20,000 nucleotides of DNA, from assembly GCA_029717555.1 (NCBI GenBank), contig JAMDHS010000106.1, positions 45,473 through 65,472 of the forward strand, written 5' to 3'. Source of the DNA: Peribolospora baueri. Lineage: Eukaryota. Below, piece after piece: positions 10,829 through 20,000 of the stretch (positions are counted from its first letter, which is position 1; each line of letters opens with the position of its first letter). A program made the translations under genes and the position numbers. The notes beneath the pieces were generated by a model, which saw nothing but the letters and a program-made list of their open reading frames with translations, was not told the origin of the DNA and did not search any database.

Positions 10829-11884
10829 TTAGGAGGAGACGAACTGCCAAGCGAGGTCGGTGAGACTGCCGCTGCCGGTCATGAGCGCGTCGAGCTCGTT
10901 GACGCCCTGCATGTTAGTGAGCGGGGCGAACCAGGCGTAGCCGAGAACCCAGTCCTGAGAGTCCATGTAGTTCATCGTGGTGGCCATGAAGGACTTGATC
11001 TCGCTGGCGCTGCACTGAGCACCGCCATTGAAGTTCTGGCACGCGTACTCGGTGACGATGATGGGCTTGTTGTAGGCGCTGTGGAACTTGTTGATGAAGG
11101 CGATGAAGCCCTGAGCAGAGACGTCGTAGTAGTGGACGGCGATGGCGTCGACGTGGCAGCCGTTGCAGCCCTTGAGGAAGCTGCCGACCCAGTCGAAGCC
11201 GTTGGGCCTCGAGCTGGGCGCGGGGCTGACGAGGAAGAAGCCGTCCTTGTGGAGGGGCTCGATGTACTGCTGCCAGAGCTGGATACCCTGCTGGGGAGAC
11301 ATGTTGGACTGGCCCTGCTCGTTGGGCTCGTTCATGCCGAACACGCACTTGGCGCTGACGTCACCCTTGCGCTGAATGACCTGCTGCTCGAACTGGGAGA
11401 TCTGGTTGTAGCCCCAGAGCATGGGGCAGAAGGCGAGGCCGTGGTTGTTGCTCATGCCGTTGGGAGTCCAGGAGTAGTACCAGTTGACCTTGTTGTTGTT
11501 GCCCTGAAGGTACTGCCCAATGTTCAAGCTGTCGCCGTTGGGCCAGCAGAGACCGCGCTTCTTGCTCTTGTCGAAAGGGCCCCAGCCAGGGGAGCCAGCG
11601 ACGGCGCCGGAGCCGGACTGGGTGGAGGCGGGCTTGGAGGAGGAAGAAGCCGGCTTGGGCTTGGAGGAGGAAGAAGCCGGCTTCTGAACGGCGGCCTGCT
11701 GAGCGTGCGTGGGGGCGGGGGCGGCGCTGGCCTTCTTGTTCTTGCACGAAGCGGCGCGCTTGGAGCCGGCGGCGTGGCGCCTGATGACGGCCTTGTTGTC
11801 GACGGGCTCGACGCCAGCGGCGACGCCGGCGATGGCCATGGAGGCCAGAAGGCCGAGGGAGGTGAGGAAGCGAACGGAAGGCAT
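10829..11884 (-). CDS. Secreted glycoside hydrolase family 128 beta-1,3-glucanase (Asl1-like catalytic domain), 351 aa, uninterrupted CDS
   Basis: Signal-peptide-like N-terminus, Ser/Pro/Lys linker, then KRGLCW, WYYSW, FCPMLWG, FGMNEPN (predicted acid/base Glu), DAIAVHYY, KPIIVTEYA (predicted nucleophile Glu) and GYAWF. Strong C/G third-position bias. Confidence 0.93.
   Translation of the reverse strand: MPSVRFLTSLGLLASMAIAGVAAGVEPVDNKAVIRRHAAGSKRAASCKNKKASAAPAPTHAQQAAVQKPASSSSKPKPASSSSKPASTQSGSGAVAGSPGWGPFDKSKKRGLCWPNGDSLNIGQYLQGNNNKVNWYYSWTPNGMSNNHGLAFCPMLWGYNQISQFEQQVIQRKGDVSAKCVFGMNEPNEQGQSNMSPQQGIQLWQQYIEPLHKDGFFLVSPAPSSRPNGFDWVGSFLKGCNGCHVDAIAVHYYDVSAQGFIAFINKFHSAYNKPIIVTEYACQNFNGGAQCSASEIKSFMATTMNYMDSQDWVLGYAWFAPLTNMQGVNELDALMTGSGSLTDLAWQFVSS
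11630..11683. repeat. Perfect 27-bp tandem duplication in the GH128 linker
   Basis: GGGCTTGGAGGAGGAAGAAGCCGGCTT x2; encodes KPASSSSKP twice on the minus strand. Confidence 0.92.
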
Positions 11885-12567
11885 TTCGACTTGGGGAACT
11901 TGGTGGAGGGGGTCTTGCTAAGCGGACGTGGTGAGGTCGGCTGGGGGTCGTCGAGGAGCGAGCGTGGGTGCTGCGAGGGGTTGTTGTTAATCTAGCTCAG
12001 AGGCGGCGCGGGCGGGGGGAAAGGAGTGTGATGGCGAGGAGCCGTGTTGAGAGGAGCAAGAGGGTGGGGGAGGGGTAGTCGTCGCTGACGAACGTAGAGG
12101 GTAAAGTAGGAGGGAGGGAATGGGGGCGTCGGATGGGATGGAGGAAGGAGGAGAAGAGGGAGAAGAGGGGCGCGGACAAGATGAGGGCGGGAGCGCGGCC
12201 CGGCCGACGCCTACACCTGGTCTTGGCTGGGCACGCCTTGGATCGGCAGGATCGGCAGGGCAAGGGCTGGGCTGCGGCCGTTGCTGCGGCTGGCTGCGGC
12301 TAGGCAGTCGATGGCTGTGTCGATCCGAGCGCGGGCTTGGCGGGGGTGGATTTGAAAATGAGGGGCGAGGGGTGACTTGAAATCACATTACAAGCGGCGG
12401 TAATAGCGGCGAACACGGCAGGGCGGCGCCGCTCTTTGTTCCGCCGTCCGGGCTGCACGAGGGCGATCAGAAGGTTTCCCTTCTTTCCGCATCCGCGATC
12501 CGCTGAGCAGGGAGGGGGCAAGCAGGAGATGGAGACCCGGGCGAGGAGGACGAAGGGCTAAGCGTGC

Positions 12568-13660
12568 ATGTCTTGCTTGTCTTGCTTGTCTTGGACGGAC
12601 GGCCGCCGACAAGACGTACGCCGCTCCGCTCGCCGTCTCACTATCGCCCAAGGAGGCGCCAGCCACAGAGGGGGGCAAGCGAAATGACATGAAATGAGAG
12701 GAAGGGAAAGGAGGGGGAAGGAAGGAAAGGAAACGGGAAAAAATAAAATAAAAAGAAAAAAAGAAAGAAAGGACGGCGCCATCCATCGACGCCTTCTGCA
12801 CCCGCCACGCCGTGCCCCCCGTTTGTCCTCGTTCTCTTTTCGGCGGCTGGCTGGCCCCCAGCTCGTAACACGACCACGGCTCCTTTTCCCGCGGCCACAT
12901 CTGTGCTGGTGCTGGTGCTGGTGCTGGCTTGGACCCCACTGTATGTACGGTACGTACGGCACACAGAGCACAGTAAGGAACGGACACCGCTTCGCTCGCT
13001 CCCTCGCCCGCCGGCTGGCCGGACAAGACGGGACGGGTTGCCGATGATGAGTGGGGGGACGACGTACGTATGTATGTACGTTCCTTGGCGTACAGGAGGG
13101 CGCCATCTATGTATCCATCCATCCATCCATCCATTGCTCGCTCGCCCGCGCACGCTCGCTCGCTCCTAACGGCCGGCGGCAAGCCCCCTAGCCAGGTCCG
13201 CAAGGTCCGGCGGCACACACCAAAGGCCAAGGCCAAGGCCAAGATCTACATCCACATCTACGTCCACGTCCACGTCCATATCCACCCTCCACCCTCCACC
13301 CGTCCCTCCTTCTATCCATCCATCCATCAACGGACGGACGGACGTGGACGTCGCTGGCGTCCGTGTTCCTTTGCCCTCCGGCAAAGCGAGCATGACACTG
13401 CTCGGACCTCGTTCGCGAACCGAGTCACACAGAGCGAGCGAACAAAAATGACAAACGCAGGTATCTTAGTTCGATCATGGATGGAAAAAAAAAAAAAAAA
13501 AACAGGGCGAAGCACCGACAATGATACGTGATAGGTAGGTACGTACGTACGTAGGTAGGTACAACAGACGGATCGGATCGGATCGACCGGCAAACGATAG
13601 ACAAATCAGTCAACGAAGAAGCCAAAGACCGACCCCGACCGAGCGAGCGAGCGAGACAAC
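12568..13660. repeat. Simple-sequence-rich non-coding tract between the GH128 5' end and the ATG18 3' end
   Basis: (TGTCTTGCT)n, purine tract at about 12694-12771, (TGCTGG)n, (ATCC)n, (AAGGCC)n, (GTCCAC)n, A18 at 13485-13502, (GTAC)n, (GGATC)n, (GAGC)n. Confidence 0.8.
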
Positions 13661-13714
13661 AAACAGAGTACAACTACCTCTTTCCTCGTGTTTTTTTTTA
13701 TTCCCTCTTTTCTT

Positions 13715-15701
13715 TCACTCCGCCATCGACGAACCGTTCACGTCATCGCTGGCGTCCAGCAGACTGAAAGAGGGACGGATGACCGCCAAGGAACGACACA
13801 GATCGATCAGCGGCTAGGGCCAACACACGCGACAGGGATGGCTCGGCTCGCTCACCTGTACTGCTTCATCAGCACACACTCGCCGCCTTGCTCCAGGTCG
13901 ATATTGTACGAATAAAAGTATCCCTCCGACGTGACGACCATCACTTGTGGCGTCGTGCTGTCGACAACGAACGAGAGCCAAACTCAGTCCACTCGTCCTA
14001 TCCGTGCCAACGCACCCTCTCTCTTCCCACCTTAAGACGACGACTCGGCTCGGCTCGGCTCGACTCACCTGCTCACCGCCACCGCACTGCTCACACCCTG
14101 GCTCGGCAGCTTGAGGTACGCAAAGTCTCGGCTCGGCTCCCAGATCTCCGTCACGCCCTTGGGAAGGTACCCTCCCACGCTCCCAGCCAGGTTCCGCCCC
14201 AATTTTAAAGAACCTCGGCGAAGCGTTCCGCTGCGTGCGTGCAAGACGGAAAACACGACTCAGCGAACGTCCTCAGACAGCGACGAACCCGAAACGCGTC
14301 CACTCGCTCACCCCACGCTCCCGTTCTTCTTCTTGTCGTTGATGAACGCCTCGTACCCGCCTCTCCCTCCGCTGCCATTACTCCCAATGCTGCCCACATC
14401 GCTCCCGTATTCGCCACCGCTCCCAGGCAAAGGCGTACCACCACCTGGTCTCCCGCCCTTGCCTCCTCCGTCCCCGCCGAGTTTGAAGATGTGCACCGTC
14501 TCCGTGTCGCTTGACACGCATAGCAGAGACGACACCGCGTTGAAGCTCAGGCTGTAGATCCTCGCCGGGTAGGAGCCACGACGGAACTGGTAAATCTTCT
14601 GTGCCCCTGGCACTGAAAACACGCGGATCACCGTGCCCTTGTCGCTCGCCGTGGCGAGCATCGTGCCGGTCGAGTTGAGCGTCAAGGCCGAGATCGGCGT
14701 CTTGTGCGCCTGAATGATGTTGACGACGCTTAGCGAGAGCAAATCGAAAATGAGCACATCTCCAGTCGACGAAGAAGGGCCTGAAGGGGACGAAGCAGAA
14801 GTACTGAAGGGAGAATTCGGAGACGGCACAGGGGACGGGTAGGCGAGGTAGCAGTTTTCCGACGAAGGCGACAGGGCGCATATGGCTGCCGGGCGAGATG
14901 CAGACCCGATGAATCCGTGTTCCCATCATGAGCATCCAAGGTCTAAGAAAGCTCTACGATCGCAGACACACGTGAACGCGAGACCCACCCTGCGGATTTG
15001 GAGAGGTCTCAATGGTGTGCAAGAGCTTCATGTTGGAGATGTCGTAGATGTAGATCTCCTCCTCCAGGATCACGACCAGTCTTCGGCGGTTCAGTTTGAC
15101 GCCGAGGATGGTGGTAGGAAAGAGCAGCTCACAGATCGTCGATTGGCGCTGTCCGGAAGCAAGGTCGGGAGGTGTAAACGGTCTGAGCATGTTGTTCTCC
15201 ATAACGGAACATCATTCTCAGGGTGCTCCACGCCATAACGCCTGCCGCAACGCTCACCTTGGTATTGATGATCTGCAATCGCCTCGGGCTACTACTCGGC
15301 GTATCGGCGGTACCGACGAGAGCGACGAGCGAGGTGCAAAAGAGCATCTCGACGATGCTCGCTGCTCCCTCGGTGCGAGAGTACACCTTGCCGAAGGGTT
15401 CACAGTTGAAGATGGAGTAACCCCGTCGGGTTCCGACGGCCACGCAGCTGTGAGAAGAGAGTCGGTATCGAAGCGACGAGATCGAGGCAGCCATGATTGG
15501 TTCAGTCAACTCGACTGCTGCTCATGGGCTCGGCAATCCGATGCGGTCCGGCGTTCAAGATATCGCCGGCCAGATCGCAAAAAGAAGATACATGAAACGC
15601 CACGTATATTCATAGCCGAAAGAGAGAACTCACGTATGATCCTGGTTAAAGTTGACCGCCAAGAGGTCATTGGCCGTCTTCGTTCCGCCGGAGCGGGACA
15701 T
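13715..15701 (-). CDS. ATG18: Autophagy-related PROPPIN Atg18, about 434 aa. Exons 15701-15634, 15447-15258, 15148-14989, 14885-14312, 14230-14069, 13957-13856, 13763-13715
   Basis: Spliced product reads [77 protein letters not shown], the phosphoinositide-binding FRRG motif, [12 protein letters not shown] and [18 protein letters not shown]. Six in-phase GT-AG introns. Confidence 0.97.
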
Positions 15702-16108
15702 CGTGTCCGTGTGGGAGAGGGAGGCGGCGATGTCGAGATGTTAACGGGGCGGAGCGGAGAGAAAAAGAGAAGCTTGACGGACGCAACAGGAAGCAAGAAA
15801 TAAAAAAAGAGGAGGCAAGAATGGAGGGTAAAGAAAAGGCGGACGAGGTGGGGACAGAAGATCAAGTGCGAGTGCCTTTGTGCCGCCGTTGAACACCGAC
15901 CCAACGTCAGTGGAATCGACGGGCTGGCGTCGATGGCGTGCCGCAGTGGCACCTGCACGTGAGCATGTTCCATGGCCATCGTCTGGTCCGTGCGCTCCGC
16001 GTGGGAATTTGGGGTCAGCCGCAGTTTCTCCTCCAATACTGGATTAAGCAGCTCGTTCTCGTTTCGAATGCTGCATCTCTTCTGACCTAACGCCGACACA
16101 GCTTCAAA
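15702..16108. promoter_or_regulatory. Compact divergent promoter region between ATG18 and SAS10/UTP3
   Basis: 407 bp between head-to-head start codons. Contains GCACGTGA at 15955-15962. Function inferred from position only. Confidence 0.6.
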
Positions 16109-18556
16109 ATGGTTCGAGGAGCGCGGAAGTGGGACGCTCCGGATGATTTTATAGGTCTGGACGACAAGACGTCTGACTCTGGTCGGGAGGAGGAGGAGGA
16201 AGAGGAGGAGGAGAGCCAGGAAGAGGTGTTTAGCCTCGATGAGTATTCGTCTGGTTCGGACGGAGAGGAAGGCGAAGAAGACGAGGAAGACGAAGCTCTT
16301 GACCAGGAGGAATCGGCGCCTTCCGCCAATGGGAAGAAGATGAAGAAGGGCGTCAAGTCAGCTTCTTCGGATGCGGGTTCGGACGGCTCAGAAGAGGAAG
16401 AGGAAGACGAGGGATGGGGCACGCGCAAGTCGGCGTACTACTCCGGCAATGCGATCGGCTCGGACGTGAGCGGGAGCGAGGATGAGGATGAGGCAAACGA
16501 GATGGAGGAGAGGGAGGCGAGGAGGTTGCAGGCCAAGGCGCGTTCAGGGATGACAGAGGAGGACTTTGGCTTGGGCAACGAACTCACCATGGAGGATGAT
16601 AGCGCGGAGAGGAAAGAGAGGAGAGAGGAGGGAGGAGCTCACGACAACGACGTCATCGACCTGGTCGACTTTAGGGTGGATGAGGACCCGGTGAAGGACA
16701 GTGGCGAAGACGAGCTGGGCGGGGTGGATCGCTTCAAAGGACAAACAACGATCGCCTTGGCCGGCGAGTACGCGGACATGGTGGAACAGCTGGAGCAGGT
16801 GGAAGAGAGCCTGAAGAAGCGTATGGCCGAGGACCCGGAACATTCGAGCCTGAGCTTGATGCATCTCCACCATCGTGAGTGCCACTTCCGTTTTCTATCT
16901 CTCCGTCGTGCGTGCTCGTCGGCTAGTACGTGCAGATGCCTGTTGATCTTTTATAGACAGGATAGGATCACTGACCCATGGAATGGTTCTTCCTCGACAT
17001 TGTACAGAAACCCTGTTAACCTATACCACCACTCTGGCGTTCTACTTTCACCTCCGCTCCACACCTCGCTTCGCCTCCACTCTGTCCCTGCTCTCCTCTC
17101 ACCCTATCATGAGCCGGCTGCTCCAGCTCAAGCTCTGCCTTTCCCAGATGGAGGACCTCGATCTCGCCGGCGCAAGCTCGCCGGAGAGCAGTTTAAGCGA
17201 CGAGAGTGAGGCAGACGAGCTCGGTTGGGACGAAGATACGGACAGCCTCGGCCGGACCTCCCCCATCTCGGACCCAGAAGACGGCAAATACGAGCTTGCG
17301 GCGTCCGATGAGGACGAAGATGACGACGAGGAAGGACTGGACCCGGAGCTTCTCGGTCAGCTCGACAAGGGCGAGCTGGAGACTCTCCTCGCTGATGAAA
17401 AGGCGGGTTGGACGGAGGAGGACGCCTTGGCCGTCCGTGAAACCTGGCAGGCTCAGAGGGCGCTCATGGCGAAAGCGAGCGGGAAAAAGCGGAAGCGCGG
17501 GGCGGAGACGGCGGAGGACGAGGACGGCACTGTGGAGACTGTGTCCTCGTCGACGTCGAAGCAGCAGAAGAAGAACAAGAAGAAGTCAGCAGAAAAGAAG
17601 CTTCTCGACTTGTCTTCCCTCGACTCTGAGCCCGCTCCTGACTTCGCTTCCTCGTCCCGAACGAAGTCGAAGAAGAGAATGACGGCGCACGCCGACGGTG
17701 AAGGGGTTGACGAGGACGCGGCTGCGTACGGCGATCCTACGTCTTTGAGCGCCGCAGACGCGCAGGACAAATCGGCGCGACGGAAGAGCCTGCGGTTCTA
17801 CACCTCCCAGATTGACTCCAAGGCTGCGAAGCGCGACGCGGCGAGGGCGGAGAGGCTCAACGGAGATATGGACATTCCGTATCGGGACAGGGAACGGTCC
17901 AGGATGGCGGTCATGCGGGCTCAGGAGGCGAAGGCTGCTAAGGAGAGGGAGAGGCGCGGGGGGAAGGACAAGAGCGCGGAGTTGGACGCGGAGGAGTGGG
18001 GAGAAGAGGACCGGAAGGCCGCTAGAAGCGTGCTCGGCGGGGGAGCGGAGGAGGACGACGACGCAGGTGGGGGCGATGACGGGTATTACGATCTTGTGAA
18101 GAGCACAAAGGCGAGGAGCAAGAAGAAGAAGAAGGAAGAGTACGAAGCTGCCGTCGAGGCACAGAGGTGCGTTTTCGAGTCCTTTGTGATGTCGAAGCTC
18201 CTTCACACTCGGCCACGGCTCGATCTGCCACGACTGCTCTATCTGACAACTGATCATCTTCTTGACCTTGCTTGCCCGTCCTCGTCCCCAGGACCACCAA
18301 CGATCCTCTGCTGACCAGCGGCGAACACCGGTCGATCAACCGAATGATTGAGAAGAACCGAGGCTTGACGCCGCGCCGTGCAAAGGAGGTGCGCAACCCA
18401 CGGGTGAAGAAGCGGATGAGGTACGACAAGGCGAAGAAGAAGGTGGCCACCATGAGGCCGGTCTATAAGGGCGGGCAGTCGGCCTTGGAGGGAGGCTATG
18501 CGGGCGAGAAGAGCGGCATCAGCACAAACCTTGTCAAGAGCGTCAAATTTGCTTGA
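16109..18556 (+). CDS. SAS10: SSU processome component Sas10/Utp3, about 729 aa. Exons 16109-16874, 17008-18166, 18292-18556
   Basis: Acidic N-terminus with WGTRKSAYY and EEREARRLQ. Central [31 protein letters not shown], then [11 protein letters not shown] and [10 protein letters not shown]. Sas10 C-terminal domain [56 protein letters not shown]. Confidence 0.95.
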
Positions 18557-18937
18557 GGAGCCGTGCACGGCCGGACGCGGAGAGACGGCGACTTGTCCCT
18601 TCTCTTGCGACCCTTCTCGTGCCCATTTGCTTCTTCCTTTTTTTATTGCCGCGCTGTTTCTCCTGCGATATCTATCTGTATCCCCCACGCTATGGGTCAG
18701 CCATAGACCATCGAGACATCGAGGTGCTCGGCTTGGTTGTGTATGTGTGTGTGTTTCTTTCCTCGCGCATGCAATCCACTCGTGTCGTCCACGGAGTCGT
18801 GCCAGGCGAGCCTCCGTGTGCAGTAAGTACGGCGAGGACGGCGTGGTGGAGCTCGCCGTATACGATATGGCCAGCGACGACTGTCTCTCTGCGCCTCCCA
18901 TTCTGACGTCGCCATCGGTCGCTCCACATCCATCTTC

Positions 18938-19653
18938 ATGTCGCCGGAGGCGGCGGCGAGCCTCGCGGACGACTCGAAGCGATCCGCGGGCTCCTACGTC
19001 GACCTATCAGAGAAACGAGTGTGTTCGTCGGGCGCTCGCAACAACTCCAAGTGGGGGCTCTTCAATCCGAACATGGACTTTATCGCGACAGCGTTTCAGG
19101 CGCTCATGGAGGATGTGGAGCAGGAGGGGCGGGAAGCGTCTCCGTCGTCGGCGACTTGGCCGTCTTTGTCTTTGCCATCCTGATTACCTGTCGGTCGGTT
19201 GTAAGAGGTCAGTCTCGGCGCGGCGGCGGACGACCGACAGCTGACTGACACCATTCCTTTCCTTTCCGGCCCGGCGCCTTGCCTTGCCGTTGGTCGCCTT
19301 TTTACCCATTTCGGTCCAACCAGATCCACCAGTTCGAGTCGCTTTACCTCCACTGCGCCCCGATGAACCTGGGGCGGGTCTGGGAGAAGGAAGGTGTGAT
19401 CCAAGGCGGCGGCGACGGCGACGGCGACTCGGAAGAGCGCGACTCGGAAGAGCGCGACTCGGAAGAGCGGCGGCACAGTCTCCGAAGGCCCGAGGGCCGT
19501 CTCGATTCGCTCAAGGGCCGCTTTTGGCCTGAGCGAACGGTAAGAAGGAAGAGGACGGAGGAGGAGGGGAGAAGCGGTGGCGACGCGCATTGTCCATTCC
19601 CAAGATGTTTCTCCGTTGTCAGTCAGGTAAGACAGGAACAGGCAGAACCCTGA
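18938..19653 (+). other. Possible degenerate or orphan spliced gene of unknown family
   Basis: Intron-like 19201(or 19208)-19323 (GTAAGA/GTCAGT, GCTGAC branch, pyrimidine tract, CAG). A 216-nt open phase-0 exon at 19324-19539 ends at GTAAGA. A possible intron 19540-19626 precedes VRQEQAEP*. The upstream protein-like segments need a frameshift to join. Confidence 0.3.
19424..19468. repeat. Perfect 15-bp x3 tandem repeat
   Basis: GCGACTCGGAAGAGC three times; reads DSEER x3 in the candidate exon frame. Confidence 0.92.
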
Positions 19654-19959
19654 GCGGGTGTCGATGTTTCACATGGGACGCCGCGACGTACGTCGAGCGT
19701 GACTCGCTGGCTGGCTGTCGGATGGCCGGGCAGGGATGAGAGCGAGCGAGCGAGGCGAGGAGTGGCTCAAGTGGCTCAAGTGATTCATTCATGTACGCTT
19801 GTCGATCTTGCACCGACCGACCGGTCAGTTGGTCAGTCAGTCTGGCGGCAACCCCGATCAATATCGAGCCTCGCCTCGAGGCCTCGTTCGTGTTCCGACG
19901 ATTCATCTCTCGTGCTCATCGATATCGACGCCGAGGGTGCATAAAGTCGTCCTTCCACC

Positions 19960-20000
19960 TTTTTTTTTTTTTTTTTTTTTTTTTCTTTTCTTTTTTTTTT
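19960..20000. repeat. Poly(T) tract running to the window end
   Basis: T25, then CTTTTC and T10. Confidence 0.95.

Noticed and set aside
11081..11995. 304-aa antisense ORF over GH128
   Set aside because: Expected by-product of strong C/G third-position bias; no recognisable motifs.
12388..13242. 284-aa and other overlapping ORFs upstream of GH128
   Set aside because: Translations are dominated by microsatellite-derived low-complexity runs with no domain signal.
14312..14490. Gly-rich insertion in Atg18 as a novel domain
   Set aside because: Corresponds to the known variable blade-6 loop of PROPPINs.
15448..15633. TPP riboswitch or canonical snoRNA in ATG18 intron 1
   Set aside because: Lacks the CUGAGA and GAUAAUACCAGCG-type TPP core, an ANANNA hinge and an RUGAUGA box.
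19424..19468. CRISPR-like repeat
   Set aside because: Head-to-tail copies with no spacers, eukaryotic context, no cas genes.

Overview
Intron-rich, GC-rich fungal genomic DNA; gene content and splice signals suggest a basidiomycete (inference). I reconstructed six protein-coding genes by hand with GT-AG introns and consistent phases: a 5'-truncated SV2/SVOP-like MFS transporter (+), TAF5 (-), an uncharacterised UPF0656-like helical-repeat protein (+), a secreted GH128 beta-1,3-glucanase (-), ATG18 (-) and SAS10/UTP3 (+). The main result the ORF track hides is in the apparent intergenic gap at about 8.55-9.79 kb. It holds a decayed sugar-porter gene whose exon remnants lie in the correct order, with several splice acceptors destroyed and an internal deletion, tail-to-tail with the GH128 gene. 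A second, unidentified spliced relic or orphan gene may lie at 18.9-19.65 kb. I found no CRISPR array, rRNA, tRNA or recognisable mobile element. I cannot support a wholly new biological system. The best leads are the glucanase/dead-transporter pair, the UPF0656-like gene and the structured first intron of ATG18.
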